A stretch of DNA of 38,465 nt from Ilumatobacter sp. (GCA_035641795.1 DASQTR010000023.1:1-38465); one strand, 5' to 3'; positions 18,891 to 28,437 are shown, counted from the stretch's first letter. Notes: a model not told the origin generated them from the letters alone. Made by a program: numbers and translations.

Positions 18891-19676
18891 GTGACCACCC
18901 CCGACGCGTGTGCCGGAGAGCGCGCGGCCTCAGCGCCCGAGACCGACACGGAGCTTGCCGCACGGCTCGCGGACCAGGCCGGCCGGCTGCTGATGGACCT
19001 ACGTCGGGACCTGAACGGCCAGGGCACGCCGATGTGGGATGTGATGGACCACGGTGATGCGGCCAGCCACCGCTTCATAGCCGACGAACTCCGCGAGCAT
19101 CGACCCGACGACGCCGTGCTCGACGAGGAGGGCGCCGAGGACCCGCGCCGATTCGAGGCCGAACGCGTGTGGATCATCGATCCCCTCGACGGCACCCGCG
19201 AGTACGGCGAGGGTCGTCACGACTGGGCCGTCCATGTCGCCCTGTGGGGCCGCGACCGGTTCATCGCCGGAGCAGTGGCGCTGCCGGCGCTCGACCGCGT
19301 GCTCGCCACCGATCCGGCCCCGGTGGTACCCGCCTTCGACCGCGAGCGGCCGCGCCTGGTGACATCGCGGACACGCGCGCCGTACGCCGCCGTCGTCGTC
19401 GCCAACGCGCTCGGCGCCGAGCCCCTTCGCATGGGTTCTGCGGGCGCGAAGGCGATGGCGGTCGTGCTCGGCGAGGCCGACATCTACCTGCACGACGGCG
19501 GCATGTACCAGTGGGACTCGGCGGCGCCTGCGGCGGTGGCCATCGCCGCCGGGCTACACGTGAGCCGAGTCGACGGTTCGGCGCTCGTCTACAACGAGCG
19601 CAGCGAGTGGCTCCCCGACTTCCTGGTCTGCCGTCCGGAGCTGAGCCAGCCCGTGCTCGACGCCCTGTGGCGATGA
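18891..19676 (+). CDS. cysQ: 3'(2'),5'-bisphosphate nucleotidase CysQ / inositol monophosphatase family
   Basis: WIIDPLDGTREY, DWAVHVALW, MGSAGAK, YQWDSAAP and SRVDGS.LVYN, as in actinobacterial CysQ. Confidence 0.82.
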   Translation: MTTPDACAGERAASAPETDTELAARLADQAGRLLMDLRRDLNGQGTPMWDVMDHGDAASHRFIADELREHRPDDAVLDEEGAEDPRRFEAERVWIIDPLDGTREYGEGRHDWAVHVALWGRDRFIAGAVALPALDRVLATDPAPVVPAFDRERPRLVTSRTRAPYAAVVVANALGAEPLRMGSAGAKAMAVVLGEADIYLHDGGMYQWDSAAPAAVAIAAGLHVSRVDGSALVYNERSEWLPDFLVCRPELSQPVLDALWR

Positions 19677-19697
19677 CCCACCCGTAGAGTCTTCCCA

Positions 19698-21614
19698 ATG
19701 GACAAGACGGGCGGTGCGGCCGACAACAGGCTCGCGATCGCGTCGATCGCGTCTGCGGCCGGCGGCGTGCTGCACGCCACGGCGGCCGGTATCCATGCCG
19801 AGCACGCGGAGCTGTCGCGCGTCTTCGTCGTGCTTGCTGTCGCCCAGATGGGTGCCGCCGTCGTCGGCTTCGTGCGTCCGGGGCGCTCAGCGGCCGCTCT
19901 GCTCGGCGCCGTCAATGCCGTGGCATTGACTGGGTGGATCGCGACCCGGGCCACCGGGATCTCGTGGATCGAGGGCCTCGAGCGCGCCGAGCGTGCGCAA
20001 CCGGCCGACACGATCGCGGCGCTGTTCGCTGCCGTAGCGCTGGTGATGGCGACCATCGCGTTCACGACACGCCGCGTCGCGGTGTCGGGGCGAGCAGTCG
20101 CGGCCGTCGCGGTGGCCGCCGGCGTGCTTGTTGTTCCGGGCCTGTCAAACGCGACGAGCCACGACCACGCATCCCACGAGCTTTCCAGTGCGGAGGTCGG
20201 CGACGGACAGGCCCACGACCACGCGGGCGATGAGGTAACAGCAGCCGGCGTCGCCCAGGGTGCTGCGTCGGCTGCCATCGCCGACGGTGACGGTCATGAT
20301 CACGACGATTCGAGCGCGCCCACACCGGATTCGGCCGGTTCGACCTCCACGGACGCCGGCAGCGCACCGACCTGGCCACGGCCGTGGGATCCCATGGCGC
20401 CGATCGACTTCTCCGGAGTGTCGGGCGCGACCGCCGCGCAGCAAGCCCGCGCCGAGCAACTCGTGCGAGACACGCTCCGCGACCTTCCGGCATTCGCCGA
20501 CGTGAGCACGATCGGAGCGCTCGGGTATCGGTCGATCGGCGACGCCGCCTCCGGCTTCGAGCACTTCGTCAACTACGAGCTCCTGATGGACGACAAGAGC
20601 CTCGACCCCACCGCGCCCGAGTCGCTCGTGTTCCGCGTCGACGGCGAGCAGCGCACGCTCGTGTCGGCGATGTTCATCGTCACCAACACACCGATCGACG
20701 ACCCGGAGCTCGTCGACTTCGGCGGGCCACTGATGCAGTGGCACGTACACGACAACCTGTGCTGGGGTCTCGACGAGAACGGCCAGCCCAAGGTGAAGGC
20801 CGTGCTGACGTCGCCCGGCGACACGTGCCCGCCCGGGACGATCAACACCGGCGGCGACAACCCGATGGTGCATGTCTGGATCACACCCCACGAATGCGGC
20901 CCGTTCGCGGCGCTCGAGGGGCACGGCGCCGGCCAGGCCGACGCCGGCGACGGCACGCGAGTCGATCAATGCGCGCACGACCACGATTCCTCGGCGCACA
21001 GCGACGTCAAGACGCAGCCGTACGACCCCAGTTTGCCGATCGATCTCGGCGGGGTGCCGGGCGTCACGCCCGAACAGCAGGCGTTCGCCGAGAACCTGGT
21101 CGCAGCGACGGTTCGCGACCTCCCGCAGTGGTCGGACCTGGCCGTCGTCGAGGCCGCAGGGTTCCATTCGATCGGCGACGCCATCACGGGCCACGAGCAC
21201 TACATCCAATGGGAGTGGATCGACGACGACGTGTGGCTCGACCCCGATCGGCCGGAGAGCCTCGTCTTCGAGCCTCAGCCAGACGGGTCGAAGAAGCTCG
21301 TGTCGGCGATGTTCATGCTCCCGAGCGGACACTCGCTCGACGACGTGCCTGACTGGGGAGGGTCGCTGATGCAGTGGCACGTCCACGGTGACCTCTGCTT
21401 CACCGACGATCCCGTCGCGCCGCAGGTGGCCGGGCTCAAGCCGACCGGCGGCACGTGCCAGCCGCCGCTCGTCGACTTCCTGCTCTCACCGATGATCCAC
21501 GTCTGGATCACGCCCACGCCGTGCGGCCCGTTCGCCGCTCTCGAAGGCATCGGCGGGGGGCAGGTCCCGGAGGGCGAGCAGGTGCTCTGCGACCACGCCC
21601 ACGGGTCGCCGTGA
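19698..21614 (+). CDS. Membrane-anchored His-rich protein with two tandem copies of an uncharacterised extracytoplasmic domain
   Basis: About 5 N-terminal TM helices, HDH linkers, and a duplicated ~190-aa domain containing EH, LDP..PESLVF, LVSAMF, MQWHVH..LC and M.HVWI...CGPFAALEG. Confidence 0.8.
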   Translation: MDKTGGAADNRLAIASIASAAGGVLHATAAGIHAEHAELSRVFVVLAVAQMGAAVVGFVRPGRSAAALLGAVNAVALTGWIATRATGISWIEGLERAERAQPADTIAALFAAVALVMATIAFTTRRVAVSGRAVAAVAVAAGVLVVPGLSNATSHDHASHELSSAEVGDGQAHDHAGDEVTAAGVAQGAASAAIADGDGHDHDDSSAPTPDSAGSTSTDAGSAPTWPRPWDPMAPIDFSGVSGATAAQQARAEQLVRDTLRDLPAFADVSTIGALGYRSIGDAASGFEHFVNYELLMDDKSLDPTAPESLVFRVDGEQRTLVSAMFIVTNTPIDDPELVDFGGPLMQWHVHDNLCWGLDENGQPKVKAVLTSPGDTCPPGTINTGGDNPMVHVWITPHECGPFAALEGHGAGQADAGDGTRVDQCAHDHDSSAHSDVKTQPYDPSLPIDLGGVPGVTPEQQAFAENLVAATVRDLPQWSDLAVVEAAGFHSIGDAITGHEHYIQWEWIDDDVWLDPDRPESLVFEPQPDGSKKLVSAMFMLPSGHSLDDVPDWGGSLMQWHVHGDLCFTDDPVAPQVAGLKPTGGTCQPPLVDFLLSPMIHVWITPTPCGPFAALEGIGGGQVPEGEQVLCDHAHGSP

Positions 21615-23200
21615 ACACCGAGCCCGCGGACCGCGTGTGGGGTGCGTTCGAGACGGACGCGCCCTGGGTGCTCGACCGAGATGACATCGCATGGCTGCCA
21701 GGAGCCGAGCAACTGCGTGGCGCGGCACGTCGCGAAGTACCGCTCCTGACGAAGCCGTCACGCTTGCCGCCCGGCCGGCGCGTCGTCACCGTCGTCGCCC
21801 GTCTGTCCTGGGCGATCGGGCCCTGGTGGTGGCGCCGGCGGCGCGGTAAGTACGCCGGCCCCGAGGTCGGTCGCGCCGATATCTCACGCAGGCTGCGTGT
21901 GGCGGCCGAGGAATTGGGACCGAGTTACATCAAGCTCGGGCAGATCATCTCGTCCGGCGAGGGCTTGTTCCCCGGCGAGTTGGTCGCGGAGTTCAAGAAG
22001 TGTCGCGACCAGGTGCAGCCCGAGTCGTTCGACGCCGTGCGGGCCACGATCGAGGAGGATCTCGGACGCCCGCTGAGCGAGGTGTTCGAGTGGATCGACG
22101 AGACCGCGCTGGCGGCGGCGTCGATCGCGCAGGTCCACGCCGCCCGCCTGCGCACGGGCGAAGAGGTCGTGGTGAAGGTCCAGCGACCCGACGTCGCCCG
22201 CCTGGTGCGCACTGACCTGAAGGCGATGGCATGGATCGCGCCGCACCTCGTGGGGCGGATCCCGGTAGCGGCACTCGCCAACCCGCCCGCACTCGTCGAG
22301 TTGTTCGCCGAGACGATCGTCGAGGAGCTCGACTTCCGGCTCGAGGCGGCGAACATGCTCGACATCGCCACCGTCCTGCGCGATCTCGGCCAGGACGGCT
22401 ATGTCGTCCCCCGCCCGCACCCGCGACTGGTGACGCGGCGCGTGCTCGTGATGGAGCGCCTGTCGGGGTTCAACTTCGACGATGTCGCCGGCATGCAGGG
22501 AGCCGGCATCGACACCGAGGCGGTGATCAGAACCGGGATGGTCGCCTTCATGGAAGGCGCGATGGTGCACGGGATCTTCCACGGCGACCTGCACGGCGGG
22601 AACCTGTTCGTCCTGCCCGACGGACGAACCGCGCTGCTCGACTTCGGCATCGTCGCGCGGCTTTCACAAGAGCGCCGACTCGCGTTCCTGCGCCTGATGC
22701 TGGGCGCCACCACCAATGACGTCCGCGGCCAGCTGGCGGCGCTGCGCGACCTCGGGGCGCTACCGCGTGACACCGACCTCGACGCCGTGATCCGCGACCT
22801 CGGCCTCGATCGTCCGCCGATCGACCCGACGACGCTGACCGGTGACGAGATGGTGAAGGAGGTGCAACGTGTCGTCAAGGCGTTGCTCGGCTACGGCGCC
22901 CGGCTGCCGAAGGAGCTCATGTTGTACGTCAAGAACATGGTGTTCCTCGACGGAGCCATCGCCCGCCTCGCGCCCGACCTCGACATCCTCGCAGAGATCG
23001 CCACGATCTCGATGTGGTTCGCCCAGCGCCACGGCGAACGCCTCAGCAGGGAGCTCGGCATCGACCCGGAGTCGGTCGAGTTCGACTTCGAGGGCATGAA
23101 GGCCGGATTCGGGCTCGACTCCGATGTCGACCGGCTGACCTATCGCGATCTGCAAGCGCGCCGGCAGCTGATCCAGAAGCGGATGCGCAGCGCGCGTTAA
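21611..23200 (+). CDS. ABC1/UbiB/AarF family atypical kinase
   Basis: LGPSYIKLGQ, AAASIAQVH, VVVKVQRP, EELDFRLEA, FHGDLHGGN and LLDFG motifs; GTGA overlap with the upstream gene. Confidence 0.92.
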   Translation: MNTEPADRVWGAFETDAPWVLDRDDIAWLPGAEQLRGAARREVPLLTKPSRLPPGRRVVTVVARLSWAIGPWWWRRRRGKYAGPEVGRADISRRLRVAAEELGPSYIKLGQIISSGEGLFPGELVAEFKKCRDQVQPESFDAVRATIEEDLGRPLSEVFEWIDETALAAASIAQVHAARLRTGEEVVVKVQRPDVARLVRTDLKAMAWIAPHLVGRIPVAALANPPALVELFAETIVEELDFRLEAANMLDIATVLRDLGQDGYVVPRPHPRLVTRRVLVMERLSGFNFDDVAGMQGAGIDTEAVIRTGMVAFMEGAMVHGIFHGDLHGGNLFVLPDGRTALLDFGIVARLSQERRLAFLRLMLGATTNDVRGQLAALRDLGALPRDTDLDAVIRDLGLDRPPIDPTTLTGDEMVKEVQRVVKALLGYGARLPKELMLYVKNMVFLDGAIARLAPDLDILAEIATISMWFAQRHGERLSRELGIDPESVEFDFEGMKAGFGLDSDVDRLTYRDLQARRQLIQKRMRSAR

Positions 23201-23209
23201 CGTCGACCC

Positions 23210-23869
23210 GTGCGGCTCGTGATCGCCCGATGCTCCGTCGATTACGCCGGGCGGCTGACCGCGCACCTCCCCGAGGCGACCCGCCTGATCATGGTGAAGG
23301 CCGACGGTTGCGTTGCGATCCACGCCGACGGCGGTGCGTACAAGCCGCTGAACTGGATGAACGCGCCGAACATCCTGAAGGACAACGGCGACCACTGGGT
23401 GGTGTCGAACCCCAACGGCGAGACGCTCACGATCACGTTGCACGAAGTGTTGACCGACTCCGACCACCCGTTCGGCGACGACCCGGGGCTCACCAAGGAC
23501 GGCGTCGAGGCCCACCTGCAGGAGTTGCTGGCGGCGGCACCCGAAGCGATCGAGCCCGGATTGCGGCTCGTGCGTCGCGAATACCCCACCGCTATCGGCC
23601 CCATCGACCTGGTGTGCCGCGACGGCGCCGATCAAGTCGTGGCGGTCGAGGTCAAGCGCCGGGGTGAGATCGACGGCGTCGAGCAGCTGGCGCGATACAT
23701 CGAGCGGCTCGCGCTCGACTCGTCGCTCGGCGACGTTCGAGGCGTGTTCGTCGCCCAGTCGATCAAGCCGCAGGCGAAGGTGCTCGCGGAGGCCCGCGGC
23801 TTCCGCTGGGTCGAGGTCGACTACGAGCAACTCCGCGGCCTCGCCCCAGACGAGCTGCGTCTGTTCTAG
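23210..23869 (+). CDS. nucS: Mismatch-specific endonuclease NucS/EndoMS
   Basis: [52 protein letters not shown] and [10 protein letters not shown]. Confidence 0.96.
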   Translation: MRLVIARCSVDYAGRLTAHLPEATRLIMVKADGCVAIHADGGAYKPLNWMNAPNILKDNGDHWVVSNPNGETLTITLHEVLTDSDHPFGDDPGLTKDGVEAHLQELLAAAPEAIEPGLRLVRREYPTAIGPIDLVCRDGADQVVAVEVKRRGEIDGVEQLARYIERLALDSSLGDVRGVFVAQSIKPQAKVLAEARGFRWVEVDYEQLRGLAPDELRLF

Positions 23870-23881
23870 TCCGGCGACGGG

Positions 23882-23957
23882 CGGTGTCAGGCACCCAGTG
23901 GTCGATGATGCGGCGGGTGCCGATCTCCCGACACAGAGCGCTGGGTGCCAGACACCG
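23882..23957. repeat. Inverted-repeat element with GGTGYCAGRCACC palindromic units (REP-like)
   Basis: CGGTGTCAGGCACCCAG (23882-23898) versus CTGGGTGCCAGACACCG (23941-23957): 17-bp inverted repeat with one mismatch. Confidence 0.65.
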
Positions 23958-23973
23958 TGTACCTTCGCGGGCC

Positions 23974-25062
23974 ATGCCTCAGCACGTTCAGGGAGTCGTG
24001 GCCCGCGCCAAGGGTGAACCGGTCAGCATCGAAACGATCGTCGTGCCCGATCCCGGGCCGGGCGAGGCGATCGTGCAGATCCAGGCCTGCGGGGTGTGCC
24101 ACACGGACCTTCACTACCGCGAGGGCGGCATCAACGACGACTTCCCGTTCCTGCTCGGCCACGAGGCGGCGGGCATCGTCGAGTCGGTCGGCGACGGCGT
24201 GAGCAACGTCAAGCCCGGCGACTACGTGATCCTCAACTGGCGGGCCGTATGCGGCAATTGCCGCAGCTGCCGCAAGGGGAAGCCCTGGATCTGCTTCTCG
24301 ACGTACAACGCCTCGCAGAAGATGACGCTCACCGACGGCACCGTGCTGTCCGCCGCGCTGGGCATCGGCGCCTTCGTCGAGAAGACGCTGGTCCACTCCG
24401 GGCAGTGCACGCCGGTCGACCCGAAGGCGCCGCCCACCGCGGCCGGCCTGCTCGGGTGCGGCGTGATGGCCGGGCTCGGGGCGGCGATGAACACCGGCGG
24501 CGTCAGCCGGGGCGACTCCGTCGCCGTGTTCGGGTGTGGCGGCGTGGGCGACGCCGCCATCGCCGGTGCTCGCCTTGCGGGCGCTTCCAAGGTGATCGCG
24601 GTCGACATCGACGACCAGAAGCTCGAGTGGGCGAAGGATTTCGGCGCTACCCACACCGTCAACTCGAAGAGCGCAGACGCGGTGGAGTACATCAAGTCGG
24701 TCACCGACGGCAACGGTGCCGACGTGTGCATCGAGGCGGTCGGCAACCCCGCCGTTTACCAACTGGCGTTCGCTGCCCGCGACCTCGCCGGAACCGTCGT
24801 GCTGGTGGGCGTACCGAACCCGACCGTGACACTCGAGCTTCCGTTCATCGAGGTGTTCGGCCGGGGCGGGGCGCTCAAGTCGTCGTGGTACGGCGACTGC
24901 CTCCCGAGCCGCGACTTCCCGATGCTGATCGACCTCTACCTGCAGGGGCGGCTCGACCTCGACCGCTTCGTGTCGGAGACGATCTCGATCGAGGACGTCG
25001 AGGAAGCGTTCCACAAGATGGAGCGGGGCGAAGTCCTTCGCAGCGTCGTCGTCATGTCGTGA
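23974..25062 (+). CDS. mscR: S-(hydroxymethyl)mycothiol dehydrogenase / S-nitrosomycothiol reductase
   Basis: [51 protein letters not shown] and GEVLRSVV, typical of MscR/AdhE2. Confidence 0.92.
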   Translation: MPQHVQGVVARAKGEPVSIETIVVPDPGPGEAIVQIQACGVCHTDLHYREGGINDDFPFLLGHEAAGIVESVGDGVSNVKPGDYVILNWRAVCGNCRSCRKGKPWICFSTYNASQKMTLTDGTVLSAALGIGAFVEKTLVHSGQCTPVDPKAPPTAAGLLGCGVMAGLGAAMNTGGVSRGDSVAVFGCGGVGDAAIAGARLAGASKVIAVDIDDQKLEWAKDFGATHTVNSKSADAVEYIKSVTDGNGADVCIEAVGNPAVYQLAFAARDLAGTVVLVGVPNPTVTLELPFIEVFGRGGALKSSWYGDCLPSRDFPMLIDLYLQGRLDLDRFVSETISIEDVEEAFHKMERGEVLRSVVVMS

Positions 25063-25069
25063 GGCGGGC

Positions 25070-25699
25070 ATGCCATTAGAGCTGGTGACGACCGACGGGA
25101 TCTTCGCTCTCGACGGCGGCGAGTGGGCGGTGACGAACAACATCTGGTTGGTCGGCGACGACCGCGAGGTGCTCGTGTTCGACGCCGCCCATGATCACGC
25201 CCCGATCGTGGAGGCGATCGACGGGCGCCGTGTCGTCGCCATCGTCCTGACGCACTGTCACAACGACCACATCAACGCCGCCGTGCCGTTGCGCGACACG
25301 GTCGACGCGCCGGTGCTCGCCCACCCCGACGACCAGATGCTGTGGGATGCGGTGTGGCCCCACGACTCGCTCGACGGCGCGCTCTCCGTCGACGTCGTGC
25401 TGCGCGCCGGCGGGCACGAGATGAACGTGTTGCACACCCCCGGACACTCCCCCGGGTGCTGCTGCTTCCACGACGCCGGCTCGGGCATGCTGTTCTCCGG
25501 TGACACGTTGTTCTGCGGCGGCCCCGGCGCGACCGGCCGCAGCTACAGCGACGAGCGCACGATCCTGCGCTCGATCATGTCGGAGCTGCTGACGCTGCCC
25601 TCCGAGACCATCGTGCACACCGGCCACGGCGAGTCGACGACGATCGCCGCCGAGCGAGACGGCGTCTTGGACCGCGCCGCCGCGCTCGGGCTCGTGTGA
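25070..25699 (+). CDS. MBL-fold hydrolase partnering MscR (probable S-formylmycothiol hydrolase)
   Basis: F.LDGG.W.V.NN.W, THCHNDH, HTPGHSPG, FSGDTLF.GGPGATGRS and TGHG; conserved position after mscR. Confidence 0.85.
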   Translation: MPLELVTTDGIFALDGGEWAVTNNIWLVGDDREVLVFDAAHDHAPIVEAIDGRRVVAIVLTHCHNDHINAAVPLRDTVDAPVLAHPDDQMLWDAVWPHDSLDGALSVDVVLRAGGHEMNVLHTPGHSPGCCCFHDAGSGMLFSGDTLFCGGPGATGRSYSDERTILRSIMSELLTLPSETIVHTGHGESTTIAAERDGVLDRAAALGLV

Positions 25700-26578
25700 C
25701 TAGCAGCCGTCACCAGGGAGGAGCGGCTTCACGGTCAGTTGATAGGTGATGCCGCCTTCGGCGAAGAACGTGAGCTGGTTGGCATCTGTGAACAGGCCGG
25801 CGACCTCGGCAGCCGGAACAGCAGCGCACTCGCTCGCATCGGCGAGCCGCACCGACGCGTCGGCCGGCCAGTCGACCACCGTCGGCTCGATGTCGCCCGT
25901 GTAGTCGCCGACCTCCGAGGCCCGGATCAGGAACGTGTCGCTGGAATACGGCTGCTCCGGCCCGAGCTCGGGATTGTCGGCGTACAGCCAGTCGCCGGTC
26001 GCCTCGGCCACGAAGTCGGCGAGGGCCGCCCGCGCAGGGTCGGTCTCCGCGTCGAGACCCAGCGCGTACGCGCGGTGGACGAACGTTCCGCCGTTCGCTG
26101 AGATCTCGACCACGGTGTCGGGTGCATCGGCGATGTTCGTCGGATTGGTGTACTCCACGTCGGAGAGCAGGCCGTTGTCCTCGGCCAGCCGCAACAGATC
26201 CTGGATCCCGGCCTCCGAGACGGCTCGCACCTGCATGTTCGGCAGCAACGGCCCGGGGTAGATCTCGATGATGGGACCCTGGACGACGGCATGACCGTCA
26301 CCGGTCACGAGCAGCGTCGGCAGGTTGAGGAACGCCACCTCGGCCGGCACGAATCCGCCTTCGTAGGCGATGCGCACGACGATGTCGTCTGCGCCACTTG
26401 GGTGCCCGATCCCGCTCGGCGCCGTCGTAGGCGGTGGGGTGGTCGCGGGCGGTGACGTGTCGACCGGAGCGACGGTATCGGTTGGGGCTTCACCGCTCGG
26501 GGAATCGTCGCCACATGCGGCGAGCAGTAGTGCGGCGGATGCCAGCAAAGCGACGTAAGGGGTTTGCTTGCGACTCAT
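25700..26578 (-). CDS. Hypothetical lipoprotein
   Basis: LLLAAC lipobox, Pro/Thr tether, YEGGFVP...IYPGPLLPN and IADAP segments. Confidence 0.78.
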   Translation of the reverse strand: MSRKQTPYVALLASAALLLAACGDDSPSGEAPTDTVAPVDTSPPATTPPPTTAPSGIGHPSGADDIVVRIAYEGGFVPAEVAFLNLPTLLVTGDGHAVVQGPIIEIYPGPLLPNMQVRAVSEAGIQDLLRLAEDNGLLSDVEYTNPTNIADAPDTVVEISANGGTFVHRAYALGLDAETDPARAALADFVAEATGDWLYADNPELGPEQPYSSDTFLIRASEVGDYTGDIEPTVVDWPADASVRLADASECAAVPAAEVAGLFTDANQLTFFAEGGITYQLTVKPLLPGDGC

Positions 26579-26586
26579 GTCCGTTG

Positions 26587-26612
26587 GACGCCGCCGACGC
26601 CGATCCGGTTCC
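26587..26612 (-). promoter_or_regulatory. ECF-sigma-type promoter of the lipoprotein gene
   Basis: GGAACC (26612-26607), 16-nt spacer, CGTC (26590-26587), 8 nt before the ATG. Confidence 0.55.
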
Positions 26613-26648
26613 CCACAGTAGGGTCGCCCCGATGCAGGACGTGGCGTG

Positions 26649-27626
26649 ATGCACGACGTCGCTGTGCACGATGTGGAAGGCGTCGTGCAGCACTACGCGT
26701 GGGGCGACCCGACGTTCATCCCCACGCTGCTCGGCGTCGAGCCCGATGGGCAGCCATGGGCGGAGCTCTGGCTCGGGACTCACCCCAACGGGCCGACGCA
26801 CCTTCGCGACGGTCGCCTGCTCAGCGAGCTGACGGGCGAGCTGCCATACCTGCTGAAGGTGCTGGCGGCCGCTCAACCGCTGTCACTGCAGACGCACCCG
26901 AACGCCGAGCAGGCGCGCCAAGGGCATGCCCGCGGCCACTACGTCGATCCCAACCCGAAACCCGAACTGCTGTGCGCGCTCACCGTTTTCGAGGCGTTCT
27001 GCGGTGTGCGACCGGTCGACGACACGCTGGTGCTGCTCCATGAGTTGGACTTGCACGCGCTGGCTCGGATGTTGACGGCGGACGGGGTCGGCGCCGTGGT
27101 GGAGGGCTTGTACCGCGGGTCGATCGACGCCCATCCAGTGATCGCCGCCTGCGTGGAGAGTGAGCGCGCAGAGGCACGTTGGGTGGGCGAGCTGCACGGC
27201 ATGTATCCCGACGATCCCACCGTGGCGGTGACGTTGCTGCTCAACCTCGTCACGCTTGCGCCGGGGCAGACGATCCGCCTCGACGCCGGCAATCTGCACG
27301 CCTACCTGCACGGCGCCGGGATCGAGCTGATGGGCGCCTCCGACAACGTCGTGCGAGGGGGCCTCACGGTCAAGGAGGTCGACGCCGACGAGTTGTTGCG
27401 CGTGTTCGACCCCACGCCGCTTGCCGATCCTGTGCTACCGGCGAGTGGGCGATTCGACTTACCGGCCGCCGGGGTCAGCCTGCTGTGCCTGGCGTCGGGC
27501 GACCGGCACGTCGCCACGGGTCATGAGCTCAGCATCGACATGAACGGCAGAACGCGTTACGCCGCGCCTGGCCAAGAACTCGTCGCCGATGCCACCACCT
27601 ACGTCGCGACGCCGCTCGCCGTCTGA
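26649..27626 (+). CDS. manA: Mannose-6-phosphate isomerase, class I
   Basis: QHYAWG, AELWLGTHP, LPYLLKVLAA..PLSLQTHP, KPEL, HAYLHG and ASDNVVRGGLT.K. Start could be 26649 or 26664. Confidence 0.92.
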   Translation: MHDVAVHDVEGVVQHYAWGDPTFIPTLLGVEPDGQPWAELWLGTHPNGPTHLRDGRLLSELTGELPYLLKVLAAAQPLSLQTHPNAEQARQGHARGHYVDPNPKPELLCALTVFEAFCGVRPVDDTLVLLHELDLHALARMLTADGVGAVVEGLYRGSIDAHPVIAACVESERAEARWVGELHGMYPDDPTVAVTLLLNLVTLAPGQTIRLDAGNLHAYLHGAGIELMGASDNVVRGGLTVKEVDADELLRVFDPTPLADPVLPASGRFDLPAAGVSLLCLASGDRHVATGHELSIDMNGRTRYAAPGQELVADATTYVATPLAV

Positions 27627-28348
27627 AGTGCGACGTGCATGGCGTCGGTGCCGGCGATCAACGCCGCCGACTGCTGCTCGGTGAGCGTGGCGAACGGACC
27701 GGCGAGCGCGTCGTTGGTCAGTTCTTCGGCACGCGCATGTAACGCACGCGCCTCGTCGGTGACTACCGGCGGATCGTCACCCCAACCGAACAGCTCGACA
27801 TCCTCGGGCCGCTTGATCGCGTGGGCGACCGACGTCGGCAGCCCGACGGCGGTGATCGCCGCGAGATGGGCGCTGCCGCGCATCTCGCGTAGCACCATCG
27901 CCTGGTGGATCGCCGCCGCCGGCGCGTCGTCGGGCAGCGGCTCGGCCCGGACGCCGGCGAACAGCGCCATCGCGCCGCCGTCGACAGCGACGATCACGTT
28001 CGTGGCAGCGTCGACGTACGCGCCGAGTCCGTCGACATCGGCAAACATGCGACGTCCGAACGCGTGGCCACACTCGATGAACGCCTGGGCCGCGTTGTGC
28101 GGCTCGATCCGCTTGCGCGCCGAGTTCCACATGCGCGCGATCACCGCCGGATGGAAGTACCCGAAGGCGCTGTGGATCACCGCCGGATCGACGTCGCCGA
28201 GCACCCCGCCGCGACCCACGAAATAGAACCGGTATCCGTCGAGGCCGAGCTCCTTGCCGCGCGCCAACGTGTCGGGTGCGAAGTAGAACGATGCGCCGAT
28301 GTCGCCGGTCTTCTTCGCGATCGCGGACATGACGTCACGTGACTGCAT
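27599..28348 (-). CDS. Conserved actinobacterial protein (SCO6745-like)
   Basis: FYFVGRGGVLG, AFGYFHP and LREMRGSAH motifs, plus AEELT. Confidence 0.72.
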   Translation of the reverse strand: MQSRDVMSAIAKKTGDIGASFYFAPDTLARGKELGLDGYRFYFVGRGGVLGDVDPAVIHSAFGYFHPAVIARMWNSARKRIEPHNAAQAFIECGHAFGRRMFADVDGLGAYVDAATNVIVAVDGGAMALFAGVRAEPLPDDAPAAAIHQAMVLREMRGSAHLAAITAVGLPTSVAHAIKRPEDVELFGWGDDPPVVTDEARALHARAEELTNDALAGPFATLTEQQSAALIAGTDAMHVALQTASGVAT

Positions 28349-28401
28349 CAGCCCATCGTTGCAGACACCGGCTCCAGCGCCTCGAAGACCGCGAAACGCT
28401 T

Positions 28402-28437
28402 GGTGTTGGACACCACTTCGTGGTGGTGTCAGACACC
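28402..28437. repeat. Palindromic REP-like hairpin overlapping the ispG stop, possible terminator
   Basis: GGTGTTGGACACC and GGTGTCAGACACC units; GACACCAC/GTGGTGTC stem. Confidence 0.6.
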
